Positions 36,132 through 50,200 are shown, numbered from the stretch's first letter. The stretch: DNA of 64,000 nucleotides from Glaucostegus cemiculus (GCA_976551045.1 CDPCPM010000029.1:21762001-21826000), one strand, 5' to 3'. A program made the numbers and translations. Notes: generated by a model from the sequence alone, not told the origin.

Positions 36132-37589
36132 GTTGAAGATATGACCAGAATGATACTTGCAGCCATGTGATTCAAATAAATGAAGTCCCCTTCCTGCTCA
36201 CCCTTCAGATTCTGAAAGGCTGAACACTGAATGGCCAAAATGGACCTAAAGATGTTTTAGAGATAATATGTTGGTGATAGTAACACACAGACAAAACAGC
36301 TGATTGTGGATTTAGACCTAATGCATAGAGGAGGCAGATTCTAAACTAACCCACTGTGTCTTCATGGTTATCATACCCAGCCTGATCAATAACCTGAGCT
36401 CTCCTGATGAAAACACCTGAACGTGTGACACAGAAGGAAGTACCCAAGGTTTGTCTGTACTCAAGAGCATTAAACTAACTGAACTACAATGCTCAACATC
36501 TACCTAATGATGTATTATAAATCTTGACTGCAAACAGTAATAAGCTGTCATCGTTGATATGTTCTGCTTGCTACATACCTGCAGTGAGCAAATTACTGAA
36601 CAACTCTGGCCTGATATCCATCTTTCTCTGTACAATACTTCAGTAGCTTTTAGAACCAATCCATCATTAATTATTTTTCACTCAAAAATTCTCATAAGAT
36701 GTATTTTCAAACCAAATACTACATTGTAAAGCTTTACAATTATTTACTCTTAACAATATAATCATTGGTTCATATGTTGATGTACATTCAGATGAAAGTT
36801 TAATTTTACCCAGTTATTGGATAAGATCATTACTGGAAAGGAGAGCATTTATTGCTCATCTCTAATTACCTTGAAAGCAGATAATGGTGAGCCCCTCTGC
36901 AGCTGCTACAGTCAGTGTGGTTCAGGAATTTAACTTAGTGACAAGGAAGTAACAGCAATAAGTTTCCAAGTCAGAATGGAGCATAGGTAGGAGAGAATCT
37001 TGCTGTAAATGACACTCTATGTGCCAGCTTTCTCCGTCTACTTATAAGGTTAAGACTACAGGCTGGGGAGATGATGTTGCAGAAACCTTAATGCTGCAAC
37101 TACTGCAGCAGACTTTGTAGATAAAACACAATGCAGCTGCAGTGGACTAGTAGGAAGTTTAGGGCGATGGATGGGGTTCCAATCAGTCTGCTGGCTTTGC
37201 CCCAGACCATGTTCAAATGCTGGACGCTGAAAAGTATTCCATCACACCTTTGACATGTCCCTATAAGTGGAATGGCTGTGGGGAGTCAGAAATGGGTCAG
37301 TGGTTTTAAAGGCCAACCATCTCTATTGAAGAGAGAAAGTATGTGCAAAGAGAAAGGCTAACTTGCTGAAGGAGTGGTAGAAGTGTTTATTGTTCAGCCT
37401 GAAAAGTGTAAATGTGGCAATGACTTAGCTTAAAGTGAAATGAGCACAGATGAAGCACAAATATATTCTCTGTTGCAAACTATACAAATCTTCCTTCATT
37501 TGGATGGAACATAAAAGCAGGAAACCGTTCATAATTTCGGTCTCTTTAGTTAAGAAGTGATTTAGAGAGCAATTTGGAGAGGGTCTGCC

Positions 37590-38030
37590 TGATTGATTCT
37601 TGGGATGAAGGGCTTTCATATGAGGAAAGGTTCAGCAAGCTGGGTTAGTCTCATTGGCATTTGGAAGAATGAGAGGTGATCTTGTTGAAATGAGTAAGAT
37701 TATTCGGAGAATTGACAGGGTAGGTGCTGAGAGGCTGTTTCCCTCACGGGGGAGTCTAGAATGATGTTCCATCTAGCTAGAATGGAGTTGAGGAGAATTT
37801 CTTCACTGTGCGTTACTGGAATTCTCCGACCCCAGAGTTGTGGAGGCTGAACTACTGAACATATTCAAAGCCCAGATAAACCAATTTTTGGTCCACAGAG
37901 AAGCTGAGGGTTAAGGAGATCACACAGGAAATTGGAACTGAGGCCAACATCAGATCAGCCATGATCTTAATGAATAGCAGAGGAGGCTCAAAAGGAACAA
38001 ATGAACTATGCCTGATTTTTCTCACATTCC
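37590..38030 (+). mobile_element. Old CR1 3' fragment
   Basis: agaatgagaggtgatctt...gaggagaatttcttc...gatcagccatgatct. Confidence 0.75.
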
Positions 38031-38754
38031 AATATTTTTTTCATGCTCTGTTTGGCATTTCCCAGTAGACCAAGTCTCATTCTTCTTTCAATGCATTCTA
38101 AACAATTTTCTTCATTCTGCTCTGTAGATATTACCCGAGCAGCAAGAGCACTCTTAAGTTACTTACCTCAGTCTCTGAAACCTGTGTGCTCCTTTTAAGG
38201 CTGAAAACTACAACCCTTCGAGGACACAGCTTGAAATTCCTGAACCTTTGGGGATACTGGAAGAGGGACTTGGGGCGAAATCTATTTCCATCAGGATTCC
38301 AAACCTTTTTGTCCTTTTGGCTGGCAAAAAGGAACGATACAGGCCATGTGACTTTAGCTGCTGGAAATGGAAACAATTTGTTCTTTCGGCTCCCATGCAT
38401 CCTTGAGCACAAAAGTTCTGCTCCAGAATTACTCACCTTCCACATGGAAAATGTCCAAAGAGCATCATTACTAGCACAGACAAATTTATTCATACAAAAA
38501 AAAACTGTCTTCACGGTCTGGGTTGGTAGACTTGCCTCTAGGAATGATCAAAAATGTACAGTGCAGAGCCTCGTAACAGAAACACAGATGGAAATAAATA
38601 ACAAAGGTTCAGATTGTTAAAAAAAAGTGCAGTGCTGCAATTTGATAAACTGACTTCTGTGGTTGAGGTAAGGTTCCCTGGTGAGAATCTTACTTTGCTG
38701 CTTTCTCAGTAAACAAGTTCCATCACTCTACCTAATCAATATGTGGATAACCTT

Positions 38755-39400
38755 AGATGAAAAAGACTATAATGCTGGAGGAACTCAGCAGGCCAGGCAG
38801 CATCCGTGGAGAAAAGCAGGCAGTCAACATTTCAGGTCAGGACCCTTCTTCAGGACTGAAGATAGGAAAAGGGGAAACCCAATATATAGAAGGGAAAAGC
38901 AGAGCAGTGATAGTTGGACAAAAGATGGTAGTTGGGGTGGGCACAAGGTGGTGATAGGTAGATGCAGGTAAGAGATAGTGATAGGCAGGTGCGGAGGGGA
39001 GAGCAGATCGACCGGGGGATGGGTCAAAAATAAGGAGGAGAAAAGGGGTAGAAAAAGAGGGATAGGCTAAGAAAGGGAAGAAAAGAAGAGACATGGTTGG
39101 GGTGGGGGGGTGGTGGCATTGAGGGGATTACTTAAAGTAGGAGAATTCAGTGTTCATGCCATTAGGTTGCAAGGTTCTAAGACGGAAAATGAGGTGCTGT
39201 TTCTCCAGTTTGTGCTTGGACTTCTCCTGGCAGTGGAGGAGGCCAAGGACTGACTTATATGTGATGGAGTGGGAGGGGGAGTTGAAGTGACTAGCCACGG
39301 GGATATGCAGATCGTGGTTACGGACGGAGCATAGGTGTTCTGTGAAACGGTCACCAAGTATGCGTTTGCTCTTGTCAATGTAGAGGAGGCCACACTTGGA
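38755..39400 (-). mobile_element. Penelope-like element 3' part (GIY-YIG end, UTR and hammerhead)
   Basis: The minus strand gives RLGDRFTEHL..V..PVASHFNS...KLEKQHLIFRL..LQPNGMN.EFS.F. Confidence 0.9.
38821..38858 (-). ncRNA. Type I minimal hammerhead ribozyme motif (PLE-associated)
   Basis: Minus strand: cagtc CUGAAGA aggguccugaccu GAAA ugu u gacug. Perfect 5-bp stem I and intact core. Confidence 0.7.
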
Positions 39401-39404
39401 GCAA

Positions 39405-40080
39405 TAGTTATCTTATTGTGACCTTGCTCCTTATTGCACTGCACTTTCTCTATAGCTGTGACACTTTACTCTGTACTGTTACTGTTTTTACTGTACTACA
39501 TCAATGCACTTTGTACTATGTTACTGCACTGTGTAATGAATTGACCTGTACGATTGGTTTGTAAGACAAACTTTTCACTGTACCTTGGTACAAGTGACAA
39601 TAATAAACTAATACTAATACCAATACCAATTGGCTGCTTTAAGGAATTTGGGAGAAGGGGATAAGGGTGATTTTAAACTACTTTAACCATTTTAAAGTGG
39701 TACCTGCTTAGAAAACTTTGGAATCCCTGATACAGAGCAGGTAAGAACAGCAACACCCCCACCCCAACACAGCCCTTCCTGAAACCAATGACCAGCTCTT
39801 TTGCGGACATTGAGGGGAAGGTTGTTATCATGACAGCATGTTACTGGGCTCTCATTCCTGTACTCTGACTCATCATTATTTGAGATTTGGCCCACTACAG
39901 TGGTGTCATTTGCAAACCTGTACATGGAATTAGAGCAGAATATGGCCACACAGATGTGAGTATAGGGAGTAGAGCAGGGGACTGAGAATCCAGCCTTGGA
40001 AGGCACCAGTGTTGAGGATAATTGTGGCAGAGATGCTGTTGCCTATCAATACAGATTGTGGTCAGTCTGTTAGGAAGTCA
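39405..40080. mobile_element. Rex1/Babar fragments (3' tail + at 39405-39630; RT fragment - at ~39750-40080)
   Basis: (ccaata)n tail; ORF 39692-40006 reads RFANDTTVVGQISNNDESEYR. Confidence 0.8.
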
Positions 40081-41282
40081 ACGTACACCACCAGGAAACT
40101 ATATATCTGAATGCTATCAGGCTTTTGGCAAGATTCATTCATATATGCCACAAAAACATTGGGTTGAAAAGTACTTGACCCCCTACGTTAGCCCTATAGC
40201 CTCACAAATCTGCTATAGCCATGCGGCTACTAAGGTTCTGCCGGAGTGGTTGCCTTGGCTGCTCAGTGAGGCATTATGGGTTGAGTAGCAACCAGGCCAC
40301 AGATGATGGAAAGTAAGGCCTCACCCAGAGATTATCCTGATGTCCTTTTGACAACTTACCTTGCCAGAAGACCTTTCACTGATTCTGAATGTCATAGCAA
40401 TGGTCATAGAACCATGGAGCATGCAAACAGCCCCTTCAGTCTGTCAAATCTGTACTGACCATCAAGCATCCATCTGCATTAATTCCATTTGAAGGTAAGG
40501 GAAGAGGGAAAGCCAACGTTTCCTGCACTGTGGACAACAACTTTCATCATTGTCATATGATGTCTGCACCTTCTGAATAAATATATATATATTTTAAATC
40601 ACAGTCAGCTAGGCAGCCTCCTCCTGTTATTCTGCTACTAATATTCATGTAATAATTAAAGAAAGAGATAACACCAGGCTTTTCTTTTTCATCTAGAACC
40701 AGTTGCTTGCCTGAATGCACACTTCACATATTTAAGAAATGCCTGGAGGTGGTTCCGACATCCAGCTACACAGTATAGTCCTCCTCAACTAGGAGCACTA
40801 CTTTCACTAAGTGTCAGGGAAGTAGGTCTCCTGAATCCAGGTACACATTGGCTGGCACATAGATTTTCACTGAGTTCTCATCCACCTTCTCCACCCTGCC
40901 CTTCTGTCAATAGCCCTCTGGCATGTGCAAGGACACTGCTTCCAAAAGATCAAGCAGGAATCTCTAATTAAAGTCTGCAGTCCTAGCCAAGTTTTGGAAC
41001 ATTCTATGAAATTGCATAACTTGCATGTTATAAAATCTATTTAATATTGCAGTGGTTAGCAACTGCACAGCAATCAAGAAGATAACACTTAATAGATTTA
41101 TTTCTAATCCCCAAGGTAAGAGAAGACTTCAACTTGACAAGTACATTTGGAAGTTGTCTCAGCCTCTCACTTTCTATGTCTTCCTGCTTGCTGTCTATTT
41201 AATGCTTTCTCTCCACAATGAAGTTAAGAAAGTGAACTCAACAGAAAGGTTTTGCATTATTGCGATAGCATGCTACATAACC

Positions 41283-41510
41283 CAATGCACCAGCGATCAG
41301 GGTTCGATTCCCGTCGCTGTCTGTAAGGAGTTTGTACGTTCTCCTGTGTCTGCGTGGGTTTCCTCCGGGTGCTCCGGTTTCCTCCCACATTCTGAAAGAC
41401 ATACGGGTAGGTTAATTTGGGGGTTTAAAATGGGCGGCGTGGACTCGTTGGGCCGAAAGGGCCTGTTACCACGCTGTAAATAAAATATAAATTAAAAATT
41501 TAAATTTAAA
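41283..41510 (+). mobile_element. V-SINE (HE1-like), CR1-type tail, 5'-truncated
   Basis: B box ggttcgattcc, V core, and tail ttgggccgaaagggcctgttacc. Confidence 0.9.
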
Positions 41511-44049
41511 TGGCAACATATTCGTTTTTGGTTATTTAATACCAAAAACACTATGGAGAAAGGACATCCAATTTTACCTGCTTGGCCCCTGCAACAATTG
41601 CTTTGCTGAATAATTGAACCCATAAAATATGACATAAAGATTAGTGCAGATATTAACTTGCAAAAATTGTGCAGCGACTTTACAATGGTGTAGTTCCAAC
41701 AACACATAGGTCGCTCAGTGTTATCCAGAACAAAACAGTCGGTTTGATCAACATATAAAACACTGGCCTAGGTATCCATTCCTCCATGACAATTATGCAG
41801 GATGCATTGCTGCAGGTTGCTAAGGTTTCTTGGTAGCTTCTTCCAACAAATGAACTCTGTCACAAAGGACAATAAGAGCCACAAGTGGATGGGACCACCA
41901 CCATCTCCAAATATCACTCACAGAACAACCTCACCCAGATGTACATATTGATGTTCTTTCATTGCTGCTAAATTGAAATTCTGGAATTCAATTCACAGCA
42001 ACATTTTGGAGTAACTTCACCACATAACTACCATGAAGAAGCTATGTTTTAAGGGCACCCAGAATTGGGCAATGAATACAGGCCATATTAACAACATCCA
42101 TATTCTTAAATGAATTTAAAAAAGGAATTCCATGCATTCTTAATCTTAAATTTGTAAATCAAACCCATTCCTTGTCTTCATTTCCTCACTGCAATCAAGT
42201 TGGAACCAAGTCTATCAGCATAACAATATCCAAAGCTGTCCACTTTTGTAGTTCTTTGCACTGTCCACAGGAACACATTTTTTTCTCCTGAAATGGGTAC
42301 CCAAATGCAGGGCCACTGCTTACATATTCTAACACATCCCATAATACAAGATGGGGAGAGCTCTGGGTTTCCTGCTGCAAACTTCTGTTGTGCCTGAAGT
42401 CTTAGTCGAAAACCTGTGCCCCAGTGCTACTCTCTTTGCTTGAGAGATTGGCAGCCAAATGCCAGGACCTGGGCGTTGGAGTGTGTGGGGACAACGGAGG
42501 GGTGAAGAGTTGAAATCGGAGCCTAACATTGGGTGGAGGTGATCAGAAGTGGAAAATTAGTATTCATTGGGAGGCTGTGTGGGAATCAGGCAGGGGAGAG
42601 CTGGAAAAATGAGGTACTTGGTGTTGAGATTGATGGGGGAAGACCCATGTGTTCAGGTGGTGTGGAAGAAGACAAGGCAATTGATGATTGGAGGTGGAAG
42701 CCCTGCACATGGTGCTGGGAGGGACTGGGTTTGGGACTGGGACCAACAGCATTTATTTAGAGGTTGGGGAAACTGGAGCCAGTCTTTTTGGTGGGGGGGG
42801 GGGGTAATGTAGGGGAAAACACAGGGATTGTGGCATGTGGCATGTTAGGTTGGAAGCTGGCTGGAAATCAGGAGGGTGATAGAGGTTTTGAGAGCAAGGT
42901 CAGTCCACTGCATAGGGAAAAAATTATGACCCAGCAGGCAACCACTTCGGAGTCGTGCTGGTAAGAGCATATGGTCCTGAGGGTAACTTTTGAGGATGTC
43001 CCCAAGACTATGTGGTACAAATTCCCTTGCATAGAGAATAACATCATCCTGACGAGGAAACCATGTCAGATTTACAAAGATGACAAGTGCTGAAGTGCAT
43101 GGTCAAGTTCTCAAAATGATCATTATCTTATTTCAATCCTAATAAAAATGATTTTCAAATGCATAATACTGAAAACAAAAAGTATAGGATTGAATTTTTC
43201 AGGCAAGTACATCAAATGAAGTTAACCAATACGTTATCTATTATTCAAATCCCAGTTTTTATAACTTGAATCCGGACTATATAGCCCTGCACATCAAATT
43301 CTGTCAGCAATTGATAAGACTTCCACAAATTTAGGATTCTGACCTTATTTAATTAAAATTCTATCAAAATAAAACTGAAGTAAATCTTAAAAAGTAGCAT
43401 GAAAAATAGTTGTACAAAATCAAAAGAATTGCTGTGGTAACAGATGACGTCTTCAGAAGTCAGTTTTTAGAAAGCCCATTCAAATAAAGGAATAAAAGTA
43501 ACTAATCTCAGGCAGACATTGTGTAGGGTTGAAGCTGTATCTGAAGATAACATTATTCCACCCCAATCATTTAATTGGTAATTTTACTGGATTTATTGGA
43601 AGAAATGATAGAATGATAACTGAGTTAGAGGATCTTCTTGAAGTCACTTTTCAGAGGTATAGTAAGGTATTTAAATGTCAATGACTACAAGATGAAAACT
43701 AAAATTAGTTTTCAGAAATATTTTCAAAAAAATTATTCTCATTTTTTTCTGTCAGAAGGCAAAGAAATAGCAGCATTATTAAATAGTTATTGCAGATCTG
43801 CTGTTATCTAGGAAGAGGATGAAAAATTGCTTAAGTAGATTGATATTCCAGAAACAGCACAGCAGAAGGCAAATAATGGGCAGATAATAAAGGATGCATA
43901 AATAGCACATCTATCATTTTACTAGAAACAGCACACAGGCTCACCCCTTCGCCAGGAAGAAAGTTTAACACTTTTACTATTTGGACGGAACAGTTTACAC
44001 TCAGTAGTCAGAAAGGAGCTGGAGACCGAAGCTGCTAAAACATTTCGGA

Positions 44050-44340
44050 AAAATGACACACATTTACAGGAAATCTTTCATGAGCTCAGGACATCTTAAA
44101 GTGCCTTACAAGCAATACAGTACTTCTGAGGTGCAGTCAATGTTGTTGCGTTGGAAACACAGTGGCCAACTTATGCACAGCAAGTTTCCATAAATAGTAA
44201 TGAGCTATGTTAAAGCTAGATAACTTTTTTTGTAAAATAATTGCTGTCCATGTCACTAGGATGAGCTACTGTGGTCTTCTTTGAAAAGTACCGGCTGAGA
44301 GGCTGATGGGACCTCTGCTTTACACCTCACAATAGATTTT
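44050..44340 (-). mobile_element. Ancient DeuSINE (SacSINE1/AmnSINE1-like)
   Basis: Reverse-complement tail ctttcatgagctcaggacatcttaaagtgccttaca...gtacttctgaggtgcagtca. Confidence 0.6.
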
Positions 44341-45699
44341 ACACCAACAACAAAGCAGAACTACTTAGGTTGGTTAAGGACAACAACAACATATCTGCCA
44401 GTCAGTCCTAGGGCCTTGGCTATTTTTATATTGTTGCCTTGGACAAGAATAGTATAACCAAAAACTCCAAATTTGTTTAAAATAATGGAAGTCTATGTAG
44501 ATTGATCAACTCAGAAGATTTTTAATCTAACTGGATCAATAAGTAACAGATGAAATTTGATGTAGATTTTAGTATCAGGACAAGGATTCATAAAGAAAGG
44601 ACTATGTGTTTAGTAATGCAAAATACTGGCTGGAAATAAAAAGGTGAATGGCTCCGTAACCATCAGCAGAATATCAATCTTCAGTAAAGATTGAGAATGT
44701 TGTTCATTTTATTGCAGAAGGAAAGAGTGTTAACCTAAGGGGTTTCTATTGTTGCTGCATAAGGTATAATTCTGACCCCATCTGAAGATCTGTGCGGTTC
44801 TTGACATCTGGCTATAGAAGTAATATGAATTGTCTTCAGAAGCAAGCATCTTAAGATCTACCAGGTTTTAGTCATTGAAGTTATGAAGAAACCTTCAATT
44901 CTAAAGAAAACATTGTGGCGATAACAAGGAAGATTTTAAGATCATTACAGAAATTTACTGAATTGATCTGAAATAATTGACAACAATATCGACAGGATCA
45001 AATACTGAGTCAAAGTATGGAAAAGGGTGGTATGAATTAGAAAGGATATCAAGAATATTTTTCTCATCTAAAGGTTATCAGAGCTGTAAAATAAATTATC
45101 AGAGAAGGCCACTGAAGCAGGCTTTATAAATGATTTTAAACAAGGGCTTTTCTGGAGCTGGAAAAGATTAATGTGTATGAATATGAAAGCAGGTGGATTT
45201 GATGAATGAAAAACAGATGTGCTTTATTTGAGAATAACATATTTTTCCCTTTTGACAAGATTTCCTCAGCCTCATGTCCCACCTGAAATTGGTTCAACCT
45301 TTTAGGTTCAAATGCAGACATTTTTGCCCAGAAATTGGGTTTCACCAGTTCTGATGGTGCATTTGCTGCATTTAATGCTGACACCTATCCAGGTCTTCCA
45401 GAAAAAATGTTGAAATGGGCCAGAAGGACATTTAAAACAGCATTATGATGGTATATGCTCAGAAACAAATGTTAAAACTCAATTGAATGCCATTTCTGAT
45501 AACTTATCACACACTAGTCTGTAAATGCAGCCCATTCTTAAAGGCATAAGTTAAACATGGCTGCAGGTGGCTACATGTGTTCCTCCAAGTGTGAGAATTC
45601 ACAATGAAGCAAAACACAAGGTAGTGTCACATCCTCACAAATGTCACCTTTAGTTCTAATACACTGAAGACTTTATTAGTAATTGGATTCTGGACAGCA

Positions 45700-47010
45700 T
45701 TCTTCTTTTTCTTTAGGATCAAGGATGACTTGGTTCCACTCCAGTTCTGTGAGTTCTGAGTTAACTAATGAGGCTAATGTGGCAACTATAGATTCTTGTA
45801 CTGATGGGGCCAGAGATGCTGATTAGGTAGGTGAGTTATTTGAGAGGTGGCGCATTCCTTTCACTGTTTACGATGGGTTCTGTGTGCTCCCAATGTATGT
45901 ACTCAAGGCTTTGAGCACCATCCTAAAAGCTCCTTCTCTACCTGAGTAGCCATGGACCTGGGATCCTCAGGAGTTGGTGGTGATGTTGCACTTTTTAAGG
46001 AGAATCTGAGGATATCCTTTAAACTTTTGCTTTGCCACTACAACAGAGCTCAGAAAAGAATGTTTGTTTCAAGAAGTTGATATCAGTCATGTGAACTACT
46101 GACTGGGTGTAATTAGCATCTCAAAACTGGGGACATTGTCCTGGGAGGGACATTGGTATTGATTTTCTCTTCCTGACAGTGCAGTTGGACTATTGAGCAC
46201 AGGCTTCACTGCTGCCTAGCAAATCATGAGCTTTGTGCCAGGTTCAAGGTCTTGAGCTTCAAAACACCCTTTTGCTCAGGTAACCAAAGACTGTGCTGGT
46301 GCACAGAAGACAATGATAAAGAACAGATAATGGAAAGAACATAGGAGGTCCAGCAACAGGTTGTCATCTACGAGACAGAGGGATTCTTCAGCATGGTCAG
46401 GGTCATTAACTATTCAAACAGCCAAGGCCACACCCAGCTGAGAGCTCAGAACAACCTATCGAGGACAGAAAGGCAGTCAGTGGTGACTGAAAGGAGAATT
46501 TTAAAGATCTCCTCAGTCATGAATCTATGTTTGGTGTCAGTGTCTTTGACTGCATCTCACAGAAATCGATCCAATCCAGCCTTACTGTCACTCCAAACTA
46601 ACAAGAAGGGTATATGCCAACTGAAAAACAATGAGGTATTTTGAGCAGCCAATATTCCTGTGGAGGTTCTAAACTTTGGCAGTGAGGAAATTCAGCTACA
46701 ACCTCATTGGCCATAAGCTAGGGGACCATGGAGATGTCATGATCATGAGACCTTCAAGAAAGGAGACAAACCCAACTTCAGTAACTACAGAAGGGCATCC
46801 TCGCAATCTGTCACAAGTAAAGCTTTTGCTAGAGTCCTGATAAAGCATCTCTTCTTGTTAGCAAAAGAGCTGTTCCCTGAATCATGGTCTGGATTCCATC
46901 CATCCAGAAACACAGTGGACATGATCTTCACTGTTTGATAACACCAAGGAGCAGCACAAACTACTGTACATGGCCTTTATCGAGGATACTAAAGCCTTTG
47001 ATTCATTAAT
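45700..47010. mobile_element. RTE-clade LINE fragments (- at ~45700-46400; + at ~46700-47010)
   Basis: The + strand gives FKKGDKPNFSNYR...KAFARVL..LFPESWSGF..RNTVDMIFT. Confidence 0.7.
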
Positions 47011-47300
47011 CATAGTGTAGCAGTTAGTTTAACGCTATTACAGTGCCAGCGACCCAGGTTCAATTCCCACCGTTGTCTGTAAGGTGTTTGTATGTTCTCC
47101 CTGTGTGTATGTATGGGTTTCCTCTGGGTGCTCCGGTTTCCTCCACATTCCGAAGATGTACAGGTTAGGAGCTGTGGACATACTATGTTGGCACTGGAAG
47201 CATGGCGACACTTGCGGGCTGCCCTCAGAACATTCTCAGTAATACAAAAAGATGCATTTCACTGTGTGTTTTGATGTATTTGTGACTAATTAAAAAAAAC
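47011..47300 (+). mobile_element. V-SINE (HE1-like), Rex1-type tail
   Basis: B box, V core and tail as in 3440-3741. Confidence 0.9.
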
Positions 47301-47539
47301 TCTGCTCAGATTTGGCTCCCTGTGGAAATTTATCTTTATGTTATTTTTACTTTATGATGTCAAGTAATCAGTGCAGGCATTTCTTCAAAGCAGCTTGTGA
47401 GGAATTATTTTGGCTCCCCCATCTGCTTATTGGTGTACTACATTGTTGGGAAACATCGGCATGCAGAGAGGGTCACATGATTTGCTTTGGGGTCAACGAT
47501 TTTGACATCTCTGTACCCATGGGTCCAATATCTCCTGTA

Positions 47540-48420
47540 TGGCCAATGCCTATCTCTTCCATTCTGCTGGGAGATGAGGCTCTACATGCTGAGCAGGGAC
47601 ATCCCCCAGTAACCTCCTTCTCCCTCCTGCTCTTCAGCTTGTGCTTCATGACCTGCATACTCCAGGTCTCCTTATTGCATTTCCTTTGGCATTGGCCACT
47701 AACTTTGGTTTGTAATGTCATGCACCATGAGCAGACCCACTGGGTGCATTTTACAAGCAAGTCCTGGACTGATGCAGGTGATGAAATCTTGTATGGGGGC
47801 CATTGTAAGTGACATGAGCGAGAGCTTGTGTGAGGAGTGGGGAAAGTAAAGGGTCTCCCACAATGCATCCCTCAGGACAGTGCTGGCCACTGAACATATC
47901 TAGTAGGGCAGACTCACTGTGAATGACGGCCCGGTGTTTGCTTCCTACAAACTTGGCATTCACCAAGAGAGTTCTGATGATACACAGTCACCTGAATATT
48001 GAAGGAATGGACACCTTTCCAGTCGAGGAATAGCTCTGGGTTATTAATGGGAGCCTTAATGAGCATGAGCAGATTCAATGGTTCCCTACATTTATGTGAA
48101 GCCAGCAGTGAAGGCAGATCACAGTGTCTGAAGTGCCACATGTTACTCTCTGAAAGCAAAGTGGACAAAATCAAACACAATTGTGACCTCAACTCTGATG
48201 GAGAGAGCTTTCCAGGCACAAGAGTGCAGCCAAGGTGTTCCCACAGAATGTCACATACTTCAGAAATGACAGCCTTGCAATACCCAAGTGAGCAAATCTA
48301 TTATTCATCAGAGAGGTCCATGTTGGACATGCTATCTCCAAAATCACCCTGTGATTAGACTAGATGGTCATATGTTTGCCTCATGCTCCAAGGTTCCTGA
48401 CTCACCTTGAGTGACTAGTC
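47540..48420 (-). pseudogene. Decayed PIF/Harbinger (HARBI1-like) DDE transposase
   Basis: Frameshifted pieces FLDWKGVHSFNIQV, VNAKFVGSKH and GCIVGD correspond to Harbinger NRKGxHSxNVQ, VxAxWPGSxHD and GxLLGD. Confidence 0.75.
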
Positions 48421-49140
48421 ATGGTCATAATTACACCTCCTTGCTGCCACTGGAACAAGTATCTTTGTAGCGAAGTGCTGATACAGTCATTAGTTGTTGT
48501 AGCAGATACTGTAAACTTTGGAGCATGGGGTGGGGGTCATTATTTGAGCAGCCTATCTTCACTTCCGGAGCTGCTGAGTCAGGTTTCCCAATGTCAGCAG
48601 TGCGTGCCTTTAAGCAGTGAGAAATGCAGCAAAGTGCTCCAAATTCTACCAAGACTGCTCTGTGATAGTCCTAGGCTTATAGCTTTAAGCAGTTTATATC
48701 CAGAAATCAGCAATGGGTAAATGGCCATGTCATACCTGCAGTCAGGCACAAGATTACGGATCATGCAGGGAGGTACATGGTCAAATATTTTTGGAAGGAA
48801 AAGATCTTCAGCATAAGTAAATCAATTTTTGCATGATAAGAAAAGGTGCTAATTGAAGACTGCGCTGATGCTCCAGATGTAGGAAATTGAGGAAACTCCC
48901 AGAGAAGTTGAGATGATCTCATCCAGAAGTGAATGATTCAGAGCACACTCAGTGATATATCCACACCTGCTTCACTCAAACAGGCATCTTCAGTGATCTT
49001 TCTGAGATGGCTCCTGTTCCTCTGATATGGAACATTCTCCTCCATTGTGACCTCTACTGATCTGGGATGTGCTGTCCATTGAGCCATCATAGCCTTCTGA
49101 TATATCTGGCATTCAGTTTGATGTATGCTTCATCCTCACA

Positions 49141-50200
49141 GTATCTTCAGATCCTTAATGTTGCTAACCCTCTCCACAGCAGCACCATCAATAGTCAGCG
49201 GTGTATGATTGTGCTTGCCAGCCCTCCTGATATCAATCACCATCTCCTTTGTTTTGTGCACATTGAGGGTGAGATTGTGAAATCTGCACCACACTGTTAG
49301 CTGCTCCACTTCCATCCTATATGCAGACTCATCATTGTCACTGACGAGACCCAGCACTGTTGTGTCATCAGCGAACTTAATGATGTAGTTGGTACCGAAT
49401 CTGGCAATGCAGTTGTATGTGAGCAGGCTAAACTGTAAAGGACTCAGGACACAGCCTTGAGGTGAGCCTGTGCTCACTGAGATGGTTCCTGATGTATGAC
49501 TGCCAACTCTAACTGTTTGCTGCCACTGCGTCAGGAAATTGACGATCCAATTGCAAATGCCAGTGTCCACCCCTAACAGCCTCAGCTTTTCCACCAACTG
49601 TTGTGGAATGATTGTGTTAAATGCTGAGTTGAAGTCGATGAAGAGGATCCTGGTGTATGCAGGGAGACAGGTCTTAATATGCTGCATGACAGTCACTCAA
49701 AGCGTTTCATCATTATTGGTGTAAGGGCCACAGGGCGGAAGTCATTCAGGCAGGCTGGGTTTGACTTTTTAGGGACAGGAATAATAATGGCACTTTTGAG
49801 GCAGGTGGGCACTACTGCCTGGCTGAGTGAGGTATTAAAGATATCGGCAAAGACTTCAGCTGCTCCGCACAATCCTTTAAAACACATCCAGGAATGTCGT
49901 CCGGCCCCGCAGCTTTACGTGGATTGACGCTGGCGAAGGCCTTTTTCACTCCAGCTGTAGACAGCTGAAGTACCTTGTTTCTTAATGATGGTGGAAGCAT
50001 CTGTGCCCGAACGGTGTTATTTGCCTCAAAACGTGCATAAAAAACATTAAGTTTATCTGGTAAAGAGGAGTCATTGTGACGTATCCGCGGGTGGGGGGGA
50101 GGGGGGCTCGTAATCGGTGATTGTTTGAAATCCCTGCCATAGACGACGTGTGTCTTTGTTGTTTATTCATTGGGTTTGGCACCTCCTTTACTGTCTAGAC
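49141..50200 (-). mobile_element. Rex1/Babar RT fragment
   Basis: [50 protein letters not shown] and KFADD. Confidence 0.92.

Noticed and set aside
38131-38620. Overlapping 127-aa and 144-aa ORFs; a P450-like KVWNPDGNRFRP
   Set aside because: No ExxR, PERF or heme-Cys motifs, and no recognisable domain.
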